Source of the DNA: an uncultured Desulfosarcina sp.
GTDB taxonomy: Bacteria > Desulfobacterota > Desulfobacteria > Desulfobacterales > Desulfosarcinaceae
DNA: 64,000 bases
Direction: 5' to 3'
Assembly (NCBI GenBank): GCA_963674945.2
Contig: CAXXWQ010000004.1
Span: 3,136,001 to 3,200,000, forward strand
Made by a program: the position numbers and the translations under genes. Below the pieces are notes generated by a model that searched no databases, was not told the DNA's origin, and saw nothing but the letters and a program-made list of their open reading frames with translations. This document shows, piece by piece, positions 49,819 through 58,915 of this stretch (position 1 is its first letter; each line of letters starts with the position of its first letter).

Positions 49819-51216
49819 TCATCCAATCATGACGGTTTCTTCGGCATATTGGAACCGGCGCAAACGGACACGGCTTACCGCCAGGCCGATCACCATTGGA
49901 CCCAACCGGCCGACAAACATCAGCCCGGAGACAATGACCCGACCGGTTGGAGAGAGGGTTCCGGTGGCACCGGTGGAAAGCCCGACGGTACCAAAGGCGC
50001 TTATCGCTTCAAAAAACAATTCCAGAAACTTACCACGGGTTTGAATGTGGGAAAGCCCACCCAATTCACTCATCATCAATGCCATGACGGCAATCGCAAT
50101 CACCGCGATACTGATCATGACGAGGCTGGATGCCTTTTCCGTGGTGGCTTCAGGCAGCGACCTATGAAATATTTGCGGTCGGCCCATGCCTCGGATCCGT
50201 GAAATCCCCATCACCACCAGACAGGCGACCGTCGTCGTCTTTACACCGCCTCCGCAGGAACCGGGACTCGCACCGACGAACATGAGAATCGACAGCATAA
50301 ACAGGGTCTCGTTGGCCATGCCGCCCATCTCCAGTGTGTTGAAACCGGCCGTTCTTGCACTGATGGATTGGAAAAGGGCGGCGAGCAGGCGCCCCGAAAC
50401 GGTCAACGATGATAGGGTGTTGTCCCATTCCATGAATAATATCGCACCAGCGCCAATACAAATGAGCAGTACGCTGGTGGCAAGGGCCAAACGGCTGTGG
50501 AGGCTCAATCGTTTGACATGCTTGCCCTTTTTCCAGAGGCGACGCTTGACATCCACGATCACCACGAAACCGATGCCGCCGATGAAAATGAGCAATCCGA
50601 TGATTCCGTTGACGATCCAGTCTTCCCGAAAGGCAGTGAAACTGTCCGGGTACAGGGAAAATCCGGCGTTGCAAAAGGCGCTGATAGAATGAAACACTGC
50701 TGGGTAGAAGGCGTTGCGCCAACCGGTCAAAGGCGCCGTTCGAAGATAGAGACAAAGGGCGCCCATGGCCTCGATGGAAAATGCGGTGATGAATATCGCC
50801 TTGAGCACGAACGCCGCAGACTGTTTCCCCCCGCCGTAAGTGAAGGTGTCCTTGATAATGGCCTGGCCCGACAGTGAGGGACGCCCGCGCACCATCATGA
50901 GCAACAGCGTCGAAATGGTGAGAATGCCCAAACCGCCCGTTTGGATCAACACCAAGATCACCAGTTGGCCGAACATCGTCAATTGGCGGCCGATGTCCAG
51001 GACGGTAAGCCCGGTCACACAGGTCGCTGAAGTGGACATGAACAGTGCGTCGACGACGCCCACTGCAGCGCCCGTCGATGAAATGGGCAGCATGAGCAGA
51101 ACCGATCCAATGGTAATGAGAGCCGCGAACCCAATAATGGAGGAGCGTGCGGGGGATCTGAGCAAATAGAACGAAGCGCGGGATCGGAATGTTCGTTTCA
51201 CCGATGATGAAGTCAT
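49819..51216 (-). CDS. TrkH/KtrB potassium uptake membrane subunit
   Basis: SATCVTGL, SAFCNAGF, RTAGFN and SAFGTVGLS pore loops. Confidence 0.93.
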   Translation of the reverse strand: MTSSSVKRTFRSRASFYLLRSPARSSIIGFAALITIGSVLLMLPISSTGAAVGVVDALFMSTSATCVTGLTVLDIGRQLTMFGQLVILVLIQTGGLGILTISTLLLMMVRGRPSLSGQAIIKDTFTYGGGKQSAAFVLKAIFITAFSIEAMGALCLYLRTAPLTGWRNAFYPAVFHSISAFCNAGFSLYPDSFTAFREDWIVNGIIGLLIFIGGIGFVVIVDVKRRLWKKGKHVKRLSLHSRLALATSVLLICIGAGAILFMEWDNTLSSLTVSGRLLAALFQSISARTAGFNTLEMGGMANETLFMLSILMFVGASPGSCGGGVKTTTVACLVVMGISRIRGMGRPQIFHRSLPEATTEKASSLVMISIAVIAIAVMALMMSELGGLSHIQTRGKFLELFFEAISAFGTVGLSTGATGTLSPTGRVIVSGLMFVGRLGPMVIGLAVSRVRLRRFQYAEETVMIG

Positions 51217-51255
51217 GGTTTTCGGCCGTTTCAGGCGGATATGGATATCATCTTT

Positions 51256-51282
51256 GATATCGTACTTTTTACGAAGCCGTCA
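51256..51282. repeat. Isolated terminal arm of the repeat family
   Basis: GATATCGTACTTTTTACGAAGCCGTCA, 3 nt after the oleA-like stop. Confidence 0.75.
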
Positions 51283-51285
51283 TCT

Positions 51286-52314
51286 TTACCAGGTGACGCT
51301 CATCATGGAACAATTCAAACCGCTGCCGATCCCCATGAGGCCGACGTGATCACCGGGTCCGATCCGACCGGTCTCGGCGGCCTGGCACAAGGTGATGGGC
51401 AAGGCCGCCGGGCCGATGTTCCCCAGTGTGGGAAAATTAAGATGGTGCTTTTCTGCGGAAAGGCCCAACTTCTCGTTGAGCACGTCCATGTTTCGCTGGC
51501 TCACCTGGTGGGGAATGTAAGCATCGATCTCGGCGTCGTTCCAATGGGGCAGGACGCTATGGGCCAGGTCCCAGGTCGTTTTCGCCAGTTCCACACCGAA
51601 GATCATCACCTTGGATGCATCGGCGATCATGTGGTCCCGTTGTCCCAGACAGAGGCGGCAGTGCTGGGTGGCGGCGCAGGTGACCGATCCGTTGATCCTA
51701 TGGCTTTTCGAGGAAAGATCCTTTCTGCACAGAATCATGGCAACGGCCCCCGATCCCAGGGTGAGGGTGGCGAACTGGTCCCGAAATTCGGCAGGGCCGG
51801 CTTCGGGCCGAATCAATCGTGCAATGGTCGCCTCCACCACCTCACGGGAATTTTCGCCGGCCACGATGAGACCGTAATCGATGAATCCGGCGTCGATCAT
51901 CATGCCCATGCTGCCCATGGCGTTAACGAACCCCAGGCATGCGTTTCCGATATCGTAATTGAGGCAGTGGCCGGCCAATGCCAGATTGCCGTGTACCAGG
52001 CTGGCCACGGACGGCTCGATATAGTCCTTGGAGACAGACGTGCTGATCAGGCAACCGATGCGGTCCTTTGGAATGCCGGAGGTCGCCAACACTTTTTCCG
52101 CCGCCATTGTGGCGACGTCGCTGGCCTGCTGGCCCGCATCCCAAAATCGCCGTTCCCGGATACCGGTAAGTCCTTCGATGACTCCCGGCTTCATCTTCAT
52201 CCGTGCCAGGGCAACGGCGATCTGGCGCTCGATTTGCGCCGAGGTGATCACCGTTGTCGGCAGTACATATGCCACCGCCTCGATGGCCACGTTTGCAAAG
52301 TACATCGGTTTCAT
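51286..52314 (-). CDS. OleA-like condensing enzyme (FabH/thiolase superfamily)
   Basis: F.NVAI, GIRERRFW, TSVSKDYIEPSVASLVHGNL, NACLGF, FATLTLGSGA, PHQVS and GNIGPA match my recollection of OleA motifs (catalytic Glu, Cys, His, Asn). Confidence 0.8.
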   Translation of the reverse strand: MKPMYFANVAIEAVAYVLPTTVITSAQIERQIAVALARMKMKPGVIEGLTGIRERRFWDAGQQASDVATMAAEKVLATSGIPKDRIGCLISTSVSKDYIEPSVASLVHGNLALAGHCLNYDIGNACLGFVNAMGSMGMMIDAGFIDYGLIVAGENSREVVEATIARLIRPEAGPAEFRDQFATLTLGSGAVAMILCRKDLSSKSHRINGSVTCAATQHCRLCLGQRDHMIADASKVMIFGVELAKTTWDLAHSVLPHWNDAEIDAYIPHQVSQRNMDVLNEKLGLSAEKHHLNFPTLGNIGPAALPITLCQAAETGRIGPGDHVGLMGIGSGLNCSMMSVTW

Positions 52315-52508
52315 GGTGGTCCGTTCTTTTCTCGCCATTCGTTTCGTTCACATCTCCTGTAACGAACAGCAGACATAAGAACATATTTCGGGAAGCGTTT
52401 CAACCATCGGGAGGGTTGTTGCAAGGAAAACTGCAGCTTGGTTCTACTGGCCATATAAGACATCCACCCGTTTCAATACTATCGGCGGTAACCGGTGCGG
52501 CTGCCTAT

Positions 52509-54038
52509 CTATGAATCGGCAGCATGCTGTTCTCCCCCATACTGGGCTTTTACCGCCTCCCGGTCGATGGAACCATTCTTTTCAGGCAGTGACGCCACGA
52601 ATTGTACGTATTGGGGTTTCTTAAACCGGGCAATGCGTCCGCCCACGAAATCGATGAGTTCCTTTTCCTCCAGTGATTGACCGGATTCGAGAACACAGAC
52701 GGCTTTGATGCCCTCTTTCCATTTGGGATCCGGGACGCCAAAAACAACGGTCCGGGCAACGCCGGGATGTTCGAGGATCACCTTTTCCACTTCGGCCGGA
52801 TAGACGTTCTCTCCGCCGGGTTTGATCAGCTCTTTTTCCGCCTTTCGACCGGCGTACCATAAGAAGCCCTTTTCGTCGAATTTTCCCAGGTCGCCGGTAT
52901 GGTGTCGATCGTTGCGGAAGGTGTGCCGATTATCTTCGTCAAGGTTCCAGTACCCCTTGAAGACCATGGGGCCCTTGAGCGTTATCTCCCCCACCTGTCC
53001 CGCCGGTACAGGTTGATCCTGGTCATCCACCAGTTCCACGAGGCCTAAGGGAATGGGGCGGCCGGCGCTGCCGGGACATGCGTCGTAAGGGGCCATGGTG
53101 GTCAGCAGACTGGTTTCGGTCTGGCCGAACATGACGTAAAAACGACCATCGGTGGTCTCCTGGTACCGCTCGATGGTTTCCGGCGTGTCCAGTCCCATGA
53201 CCGCCCGCAAGGAAGTGATGTCGGTACCCTTCTTCTCCTGGGCGTCGAGGATGGATCCGAGAATCGGTGAGAACTCGAAAAAGTAGGATACATTTTTCGA
53301 ATTGATGAGATCCACGGCTGCATTGGCGTCGAATTTACTCATGTTCACGTTCAATATACCGGAATGAAAAGCGCTTACTGCCATGAACAGGCCCGCCACG
53401 TGGAACAGGGGCAAGAGGTTCAGGTGAACATCTGTGGACGAAAGGCCGAAACAATAGGCGAGATGCATGCTGGAACACAATAGGTTGGCGTGGCTCACCA
53501 GTGCTCCCCGCGGTCTCCCGGCAACGGCTGCCGTATGGATGATCGCAAAGCCTGTGTCATGTTCCACCGGAGCGAAATCGAAAGGACCATCACCCAGTAA
53601 GCCTGAAAAGGGTTCCAGGGGGCCGGTTTCGGTAAGGTTGACCATCCGCTTCACGGAGGGAATCCCATGGCGGACACCGGTCATTGTCTCTGCGAAGGGA
53701 GCGTCCACGAAAACCATGACAGGAGTGCAGTCATTGAGATTATACGCCATTTCGTCGGCGGAAAGCCGCCAGTTGATGGCCACGACGATGGCACCGATGG
53801 CTGCGGCGGCACCATAGATCTGAAAATAGGACAGGCTATTTTTCCCAACGATGCCGATCCTGTCACCGGCCTTGATGCCCTCGCTCTTTAATCCTGCGGC
53901 CAGTCGATCCACACGAGCTTTGAATTCTCCGAATGTGACCGTCTCACCGGTGTCGGCCTCGAACCAAGCCGTTCGATTGGGAAAACATTCGGCATTTCTA
54001 CGAATCAGGTCGTAGACGGTAAAATCATAAAGTCCCAT
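52509..54038 (-). CDS. AMP-binding acyl-CoA synthetase-like protein
   Basis: LPLFHVAG, GQTET, HHTGDLG, IKPGGENVYPAEVE. Atypical P-loop HTAAVAGRPRG. Confidence 0.88.
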   Translation of the reverse strand: MGLYDFTVYDLIRRNAECFPNRTAWFEADTGETVTFGEFKARVDRLAAGLKSEGIKAGDRIGIVGKNSLSYFQIYGAAAAIGAIVVAINWRLSADEMAYNLNDCTPVMVFVDAPFAETMTGVRHGIPSVKRMVNLTETGPLEPFSGLLGDGPFDFAPVEHDTGFAIIHTAAVAGRPRGALVSHANLLCSSMHLAYCFGLSSTDVHLNLLPLFHVAGLFMAVSAFHSGILNVNMSKFDANAAVDLINSKNVSYFFEFSPILGSILDAQEKKGTDITSLRAVMGLDTPETIERYQETTDGRFYVMFGQTETSLLTTMAPYDACPGSAGRPIPLGLVELVDDQDQPVPAGQVGEITLKGPMVFKGYWNLDEDNRHTFRNDRHHTGDLGKFDEKGFLWYAGRKAEKELIKPGGENVYPAEVEKVILEHPGVARTVVFGVPDPKWKEGIKAVCVLESGQSLEEKELIDFVGGRIARFKKPQYVQFVASLPEKNGSIDREAVKAQYGGEQHAADS

Positions 54039-54045
54039 GATTTCC

Positions 54046-54438
54046 TCACTTGATGGTGGTCACCGGGCATGCCGCCTTCAGAATAATGTACTGCGCCGTC
54101 GACCCGAGGAGTAGTTTGCTTGTTCTCGATCGTTTTTCGATGCCCACGAAGATGTGATCGATACCGTTCTCCTTTGCGAAAGAGATGATATCCTCCCCGG
54201 GAGAAAGTCCCCGCGCCATCTCCTCGACATCGTGTTCGATACCGGCATCGGCGAGCTTCTGGCGAACCTGTTTCAACTCCCGGTTGACCCGGGCGATGTC
54301 TTCGGGCTTTTCGCTGCGCCCGCCTTCCATGGAGGTGATGACAAACAGCCTGGCACCGTAATCCGATGCGGTTTTCATCGCCAGATCGAGGGCGGCTTTG
54401 CTCTCCTTGGATCCATTGTACGCCACGAGAAATTTCAT
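54046..54438 (-). CDS. Universal stress protein
   Basis: LVAYNGSKES..AL and LLLGSTAQYIILKAACPV. Confidence 0.92.
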   Translation of the reverse strand: MKFLVAYNGSKESKAALDLAMKTASDYGARLFVITSMEGGRSEKPEDIARVNRELKQVRQKLADAGIEHDVEEMARGLSPGEDIISFAKENGIDHIFVGIEKRSRTSKLLLGSTAQYIILKAACPVTTIK

Positions 54439-54457
54439 TGTTTATTCTTTTTCTATT

Positions 54458-54751
54458 TTGATGAACTCGTAAAAAGTCTGATTCCGGACGGCTTCGTAAA
54501 AAGTTCGAGATCAAGGCTTGCGAGTCCCGAGGAATGAGGCGTATTTTTGATACGTCGCAGTGACGAGGGATGAGGCGTAACGCCGATATCGGACTTCTAA
54601 GGAACTCGTTCATTATTCCACTTAAAAAGGACTTTTTTATAAAAAGCTTTTCCCTCGTTTTCATCTATCTGCAAAGAAAAGAATACCGAGTTTCTTGCTT
54701 GCGATTGTTTGGCCGTATTTGGCCTGGAAAAGCTTTTTACGAAGCCGTCAA
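54458..54751. repeat. Composite repeat: tail + module A + linker + module B
   Basis: TTGATGAACTCGTAAAAAG (54458), module A from 54487, the same linker as in the 2635-2778 copy, then module B ending CTTTTTACGAAGCCGTCAA. Confidence 0.93.
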
Positions 54752-54753
54752 TT

Positions 54754-55569
54754 TTACATCCAGCGCTTACGCCGTTTGTAGGACTTAACTTCCTTGAAGG
54801 ATTTTCGTCCGCCGCCACGGGTGAGGCCCATGTAAAATTCTTTCACGTCCGGGTTGTTTTGCAATTCTTTTGACGGTCCTTCCAAAACAATTTTTCCGGA
54901 TTCCATGATGTAGGCGTAATTGGAAATCTCCAAGGCAATTCGTGCGTTTTGTTCGACAACCAGGATCGTGGTTCCCATCTCCCGGTTGATGAGCTGAATA
55001 TTGTCGAAGATCTCCTTGACGAGCAAAGGAGCCAGGCCCAGGGAGGGCTCGTCAAGCATCAGCATCCGCGGAGAGGCCATCAGCGCTCGCGCGATGGCGA
55101 TCATCTGCTGTTCTCCACCCGAACAATATCCTGCCAGCCGGTTGGTAATTTTGGAGAGCCGCGGAAAATGGTCATACATCATCTGGTGATCGGAGCGGAT
55201 CTTCTGGGAACCGTCCTTTCGCGTAATGGAACCGACCCGAATGTTTTCATCCACGGTGAGGTGTTTGAAGACCCGGCGGCCTTCGGGGACCATTACCGCG
55301 CCCAATGTGACGACGCGGGTTCCCAGAACATTGGTGATGTCCTCTCCGGAAAAACGCAGGTAGCCATCCCGAATAAAACCATTTTCCGGCTTCAGAAGAC
55401 CGGAAATTGCGCGTAGTGTGGTGGTTTTTCCCGCGCCGTTGGTTCCCAACAGACTGACGATGCTGCCCTCGGCCACCTGAAGGCTGACCCCACGAAGCAC
55501 CTGGATGATGTCGTTGTACACCACCTCGATGTTGTTGACCTCGAGCAATATGTTTTGGTCCTGTGACAT
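54754..55569 (-). CDS. ABC transporter ATPase (LivF-like)
   Basis: GTNGAGKTT, VPEGRRVF, SGGEQQM and C-terminal YKRRKRW. ATG 55569. Confidence 0.92.
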   Translation of the reverse strand: MSQDQNILLEVNNIEVVYNDIIQVLRGVSLQVAEGSIVSLLGTNGAGKTTTLRAISGLLKPENGFIRDGYLRFSGEDITNVLGTRVVTLGAVMVPEGRRVFKHLTVDENIRVGSITRKDGSQKIRSDHQMMYDHFPRLSKITNRLAGYCSGGEQQMIAIARALMASPRMLMLDEPSLGLAPLLVKEIFDNIQLINREMGTTILVVEQNARIALEISNYAYIMESGKIVLEGPSKELQNNPDVKEFYMGLTRGGGRKSFKEVKSYKRRKRWM

Positions 55570-55646
55570 GATCTCGTCCTCGGAGCGCTTGCAGGGGGAT
55601 CGGCGGCAGCAGAACCTGCCGCCGATATCCGTACAAGTAGCCTTCG

Positions 55647-56867
55647 CTATTCCACCATCCGCATGTACTTGGATCGGAACGGGCCGCCCACGGCAACCCA
55701 CTTGCCGTCTTGGACGCGGTAGAGTTGAAGGGCATCCACGCCGGCATGGTCTTTGGGAGAGTAAGTTACCGGTCCCACGGTGGTCACCGGGTAAAAGGCG
55801 TTGAGGCCGTTCATCTGATTCAGCTCGGCGTAGAGGTTGGCCCGGTTCACCTCGTTACCCTTGGCCTTGCAGCGACGAATGGCCTCGAAGGCTACCTGGG
55901 CGACCATGATACCGTTGGTGTAGTTGTGGCTGTTGGCGGTCTTGTCGTCCCGGCCATATTTTTTCGCCAGCGCCAACTGGGCCTCGGTCCCCACGCCGGG
56001 TACACTGGTCAGGGTGTAGGAAGTGGTCCAGTAAAAATTCTCGGCCGCACTACCGGCCAGGGCGATCAGATCCGTGCCGCCGGTGTAATGGGCGCCCATG
56101 AAGGTGATTTTGCCCGGTTCGCCGAAGGTTTTTGCGACCATGCCCAACCGCTCGGCATCCTTCAGAAAGGTGGCTACCGGACTCTGGACGGTCTGGCTGA
56201 TGACGAACTGTACACCCTTGCTCTTCAGCCGTTGCAGGGTGGCGGTGCTGTCCAGGTTTTTGCCGTGCTCCACCGTCTCGATGATATCGATGTCCAGGCC
56301 GGCTGCCACTGCTTTTTTCAGATCATCCACCGGTCCACGGCCGAAGGCAGATGGATGGATGAACAGGGCCACCTTTGCCTTGCCACCTTTGAAATGGTTG
56401 GCCACGTATTCGGCCAAGCCGATGAATTGTTCGGAATAAGACGCAATGGGCAGAAAGATGTAGTTTGATCCGTCCAGGTTGCCACGGTGAAAGGAGGCGG
56501 GAATGGTAGGAATCTTCTCCTCTTCGAAATCCCGTTTGAGCCCCAATGTGCTGCCGGTAGAGTAGTTAAGGTAGAGGGGAATCCCCATATCCAGAAACTC
56601 TTCGAAGTTGCGCTTGGTGATGTCGGTCTGGTACTGGTCGTCTTTGATGGTGCAGTCGATGGTGTCTTTGCCGAGCAGCTTTTCATCGTTGACATACTTG
56701 AAAAAATCCTCGACACCCTTGGCATAGGGCTGGCCCGCGTCGGAGGTGGGGCCGGACATTGCCAAGGACAAACCCAGTTTGATTGCCTTGGCGTGTGCGG
56801 GTACACCAGCGGCAAACAGAAAAACGATCGCGAGCATAAAAATAACTGTCATTCTCAGATGTTTCAT
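55647..56867 (-). CDS. ABC transporter substrate-binding protein (LivK-like fold)
   Basis: Signal peptide ending AHA, IKLGLSLAMSGPTS, DDQY, and operon context. Confidence 0.88.
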   Translation of the reverse strand: MKHLRMTVIFMLAIVFLFAAGVPAHAKAIKLGLSLAMSGPTSDAGQPYAKGVEDFFKYVNDEKLLGKDTIDCTIKDDQYQTDITKRNFEEFLDMGIPLYLNYSTGSTLGLKRDFEEEKIPTIPASFHRGNLDGSNYIFLPIASYSEQFIGLAEYVANHFKGGKAKVALFIHPSAFGRGPVDDLKKAVAAGLDIDIIETVEHGKNLDSTATLQRLKSKGVQFVISQTVQSPVATFLKDAERLGMVAKTFGEPGKITFMGAHYTGGTDLIALAGSAAENFYWTTSYTLTSVPGVGTEAQLALAKKYGRDDKTANSHNYTNGIMVAQVAFEAIRRCKAKGNEVNRANLYAELNQMNGLNAFYPVTTVGPVTYSPKDHAGVDALQLYRVQDGKWVAVGGPFRSKYMRMVE

Positions 56868-56922
56868 CTCTTCTCCCTTCGTTTTTTTGGTTACGATTCT
56901 GAAATCGTTACGGTTCGCGTGG

Positions 56923-58017
56923 TCAGTAGCGAAATGGCCACAGTTTCACGTAGGATCGTACGATTCGCCACCAGTTGGCGATTCCCCTGGGTTCGAACAT
57001 GAGAAACAACACGATGACCAGGCCGAAACTAAAGGGCCGCAGTGCCGTCGCCAGGTTGCCCTGGGCCGGAAAAATTTGGGCGGCCCATTCGGAAATGTTC
57101 TCCACCTGCAGATCTAAAAGCTTGATGGCTGCCGGACCCCAGAAAGATCCGTTCAACGTCCCCAGCCCGCCGACGATGGCCATGGCCAGATAGGTGATGG
57201 ACTGGTGCAGGGTAAAGGATTCGATGCCTACCCCCCGGTACAGATAGGCGTGCAACGCTCCGGCCAAACCGGCCATGAAGCCGGCCAGCGAGAAGGCGTA
57301 GACCTTGGTCAGTCCCGGATGCATGCCCATGGCGTCGGCGGCCCGGTCGTTGTCCCGCACGGCGATGAGGCAGCGTCCGTACCGGGTGCGCAGCAGGTTG
57401 CGGATGCCGAAACCCGTGATAACGACCACCAACAGGCACACGTAATACCAGAACGCATAGTGGTCCCGTCGGCCCACCTGGCCGGTGAGCCAGAAAACCC
57501 GGCCCACGAAGATGGTCTGTCCCTGGTTAAAAAAACCCATGAAGTGGATCACCCATTCGAAAATCATCTGAAAGGAGAGCGTGGCGATGGCCAAGTAAAG
57601 GTGTTTCAGCCGAAGGGCCGGCAATCCAACGAAGGCACCAAAAAGTGCCCCGACGGCACCGGACAAAAGGATCATCACGGGCCAGGCGTGGGTGATCAAT
57701 ACGTGGCTGTCACCCAGTGTGGTCGCAACGGAAGCCAGCGTATAGGCCCCCACCCCCACGAATGCGGCGTGTCCGATGGAGATCAATCCGGCGAATCCCG
57801 TCACCAGGTTCAGCCCCATGATTGCCACGACGGCAATCAGGGTGTTGTCGATGACCAACATGTACTTGTTGCTCAGTTCGAAAAACAGGGGCCAGGCGAA
57901 CAAAAACAATAAAAAGACGGCAAAGATCGTCCGATCCAGGTGGGTGGAAAAAATTCGCTGCTCTTGTCTGTATGTGGTGTAAAAGTTGCCCGTTGCAAGC
58001 CATCGATTAGCCGACAT
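56923..58017 (-). CDS. ABC transporter permease (LivM-like)
   Basis: GLNLVTGFAGLISIGHAAF and LRLKHLYLAIATL. Confidence 0.92.
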   Translation of the reverse strand: MSANRWLATGNFYTTYRQEQRIFSTHLDRTIFAVFLLFLFAWPLFFELSNKYMLVIDNTLIAVVAIMGLNLVTGFAGLISIGHAAFVGVGAYTLASVATTLGDSHVLITHAWPVMILLSGAVGALFGAFVGLPALRLKHLYLAIATLSFQMIFEWVIHFMGFFNQGQTIFVGRVFWLTGQVGRRDHYAFWYYVCLLVVVITGFGIRNLLRTRYGRCLIAVRDNDRAADAMGMHPGLTKVYAFSLAGFMAGLAGALHAYLYRGVGIESFTLHQSITYLAMAIVGGLGTLNGSFWGPAAIKLLDLQVENISEWAAQIFPAQGNLATALRPFSFGLVIVLFLMFEPRGIANWWRIVRSYVKLWPFRY

Positions 58018-58021
58018 TAGA

Positions 58022-58915
58022 TCACACTCTCTCGATTTCGTGGGTGCCGAACAGACCGTGGGGTTTGAACAGCAAAATGATCAACAAAATGATATAAGGC
58101 AATACATTGGCCGTTCCGGCAAGACCCCATTTCCCGTCCAGGTAGCCGCCGGCGAATTGCTGGATCAGGCCCATGATGATGCCGGCCACGACGGCGCCGA
58201 TGATGGAATCCAGTCCCCCCAAGATCACCACGGGGAAAACGACGATGCCGAAAGCGTGCAGGGTATCGAAATTGAGTCCCGTGATGTTGCCGATGATGGC
58301 GCCGGCGGCTGCGGCGCTCAGCCCCGCCATGGCCCATGCAAGACCGAATACGCGGGGGACGGAGATGCCGACGGACATGGCGGCCATCTGGTCGTCACTG
58401 ACGGCACGCATGCTGATCCCCAGCGTCGATCGTTTGAAAAACCAGGAGAATCCGCCGATGAGGATCGCCGTAATGATGACACCGACCATCTGGGTCCAGG
58501 AGATGGAGACCCCGCCGAAGCTGATGGGCGTTACGGGAAGCACCGGCGGAAACGAGAAGTTGACCGACCCGAAGGGTGTCAGGTAGATGAGGCCGTCCAA
58601 AATGGACATGAGGCCGATGGTGACCATGATGACCGAGATGATGGGCTCGCCGATGAGCCGGCGCAAGAAGACCCGCTCCACGCTCATGGCCAGAAAGAAG
58701 GTAATCACCATACTGGCCAGAAATGAGAGAAAAATGGGAACGCCCACCCAGACCGTCAGGGCATAGACGATAAAGGCGCCCGCCGCGATGATCTGACCAT
58801 GGGCAAGGTTCAGTACCCGGCTGGATTTGTAAATGAGGACGAAACCCAGTGCGGACAGGGCGTAGATGGAACCCACCACGATGCCGCTGACCACGAGTTG
58901 AAAAAAATAACTCAT
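58022..58915 (-). CDS. ABC transporter permease (LivH-like)
   Basis: GSIYALSALGFVLIYKSS..NLAHG. ATG 58915 overlaps the upstream TGA. Confidence 0.92.
   Translation of the reverse strand: MSYFFQLVVSGIVVGSIYALSALGFVLIYKSSRVLNLAHGQIIAAGAFIVYALTVWVGVPIFLSFLASMVITFFLAMSVERVFLRRLIGEPIISVIMVTIGLMSILDGLIYLTPFGSVNFSFPPVLPVTPISFGGVSISWTQMVGVIITAILIGGFSWFFKRSTLGISMRAVSDDQMAAMSVGISVPRVFGLAWAMAGLSAAAAGAIIGNITGLNFDTLHAFGIVVFPVVILGGLDSIIGAVVAGIIMGLIQQFAGGYLDGKWGLAGTANVLPYIILLIILLFKPHGLFGTHEIERV

Noticed and set aside
54005..54818. ORFs overlapping the repeats (54005-54664, 54570-54788, also 2578-2898, 33922-34119, 34131-34445, 42050-42536)
   Set aside because: They are translations of repeat modules A/B, giving recurring peptides such as RRNADIGL and SFSLVSVYLQK, and lack independent coding evidence.
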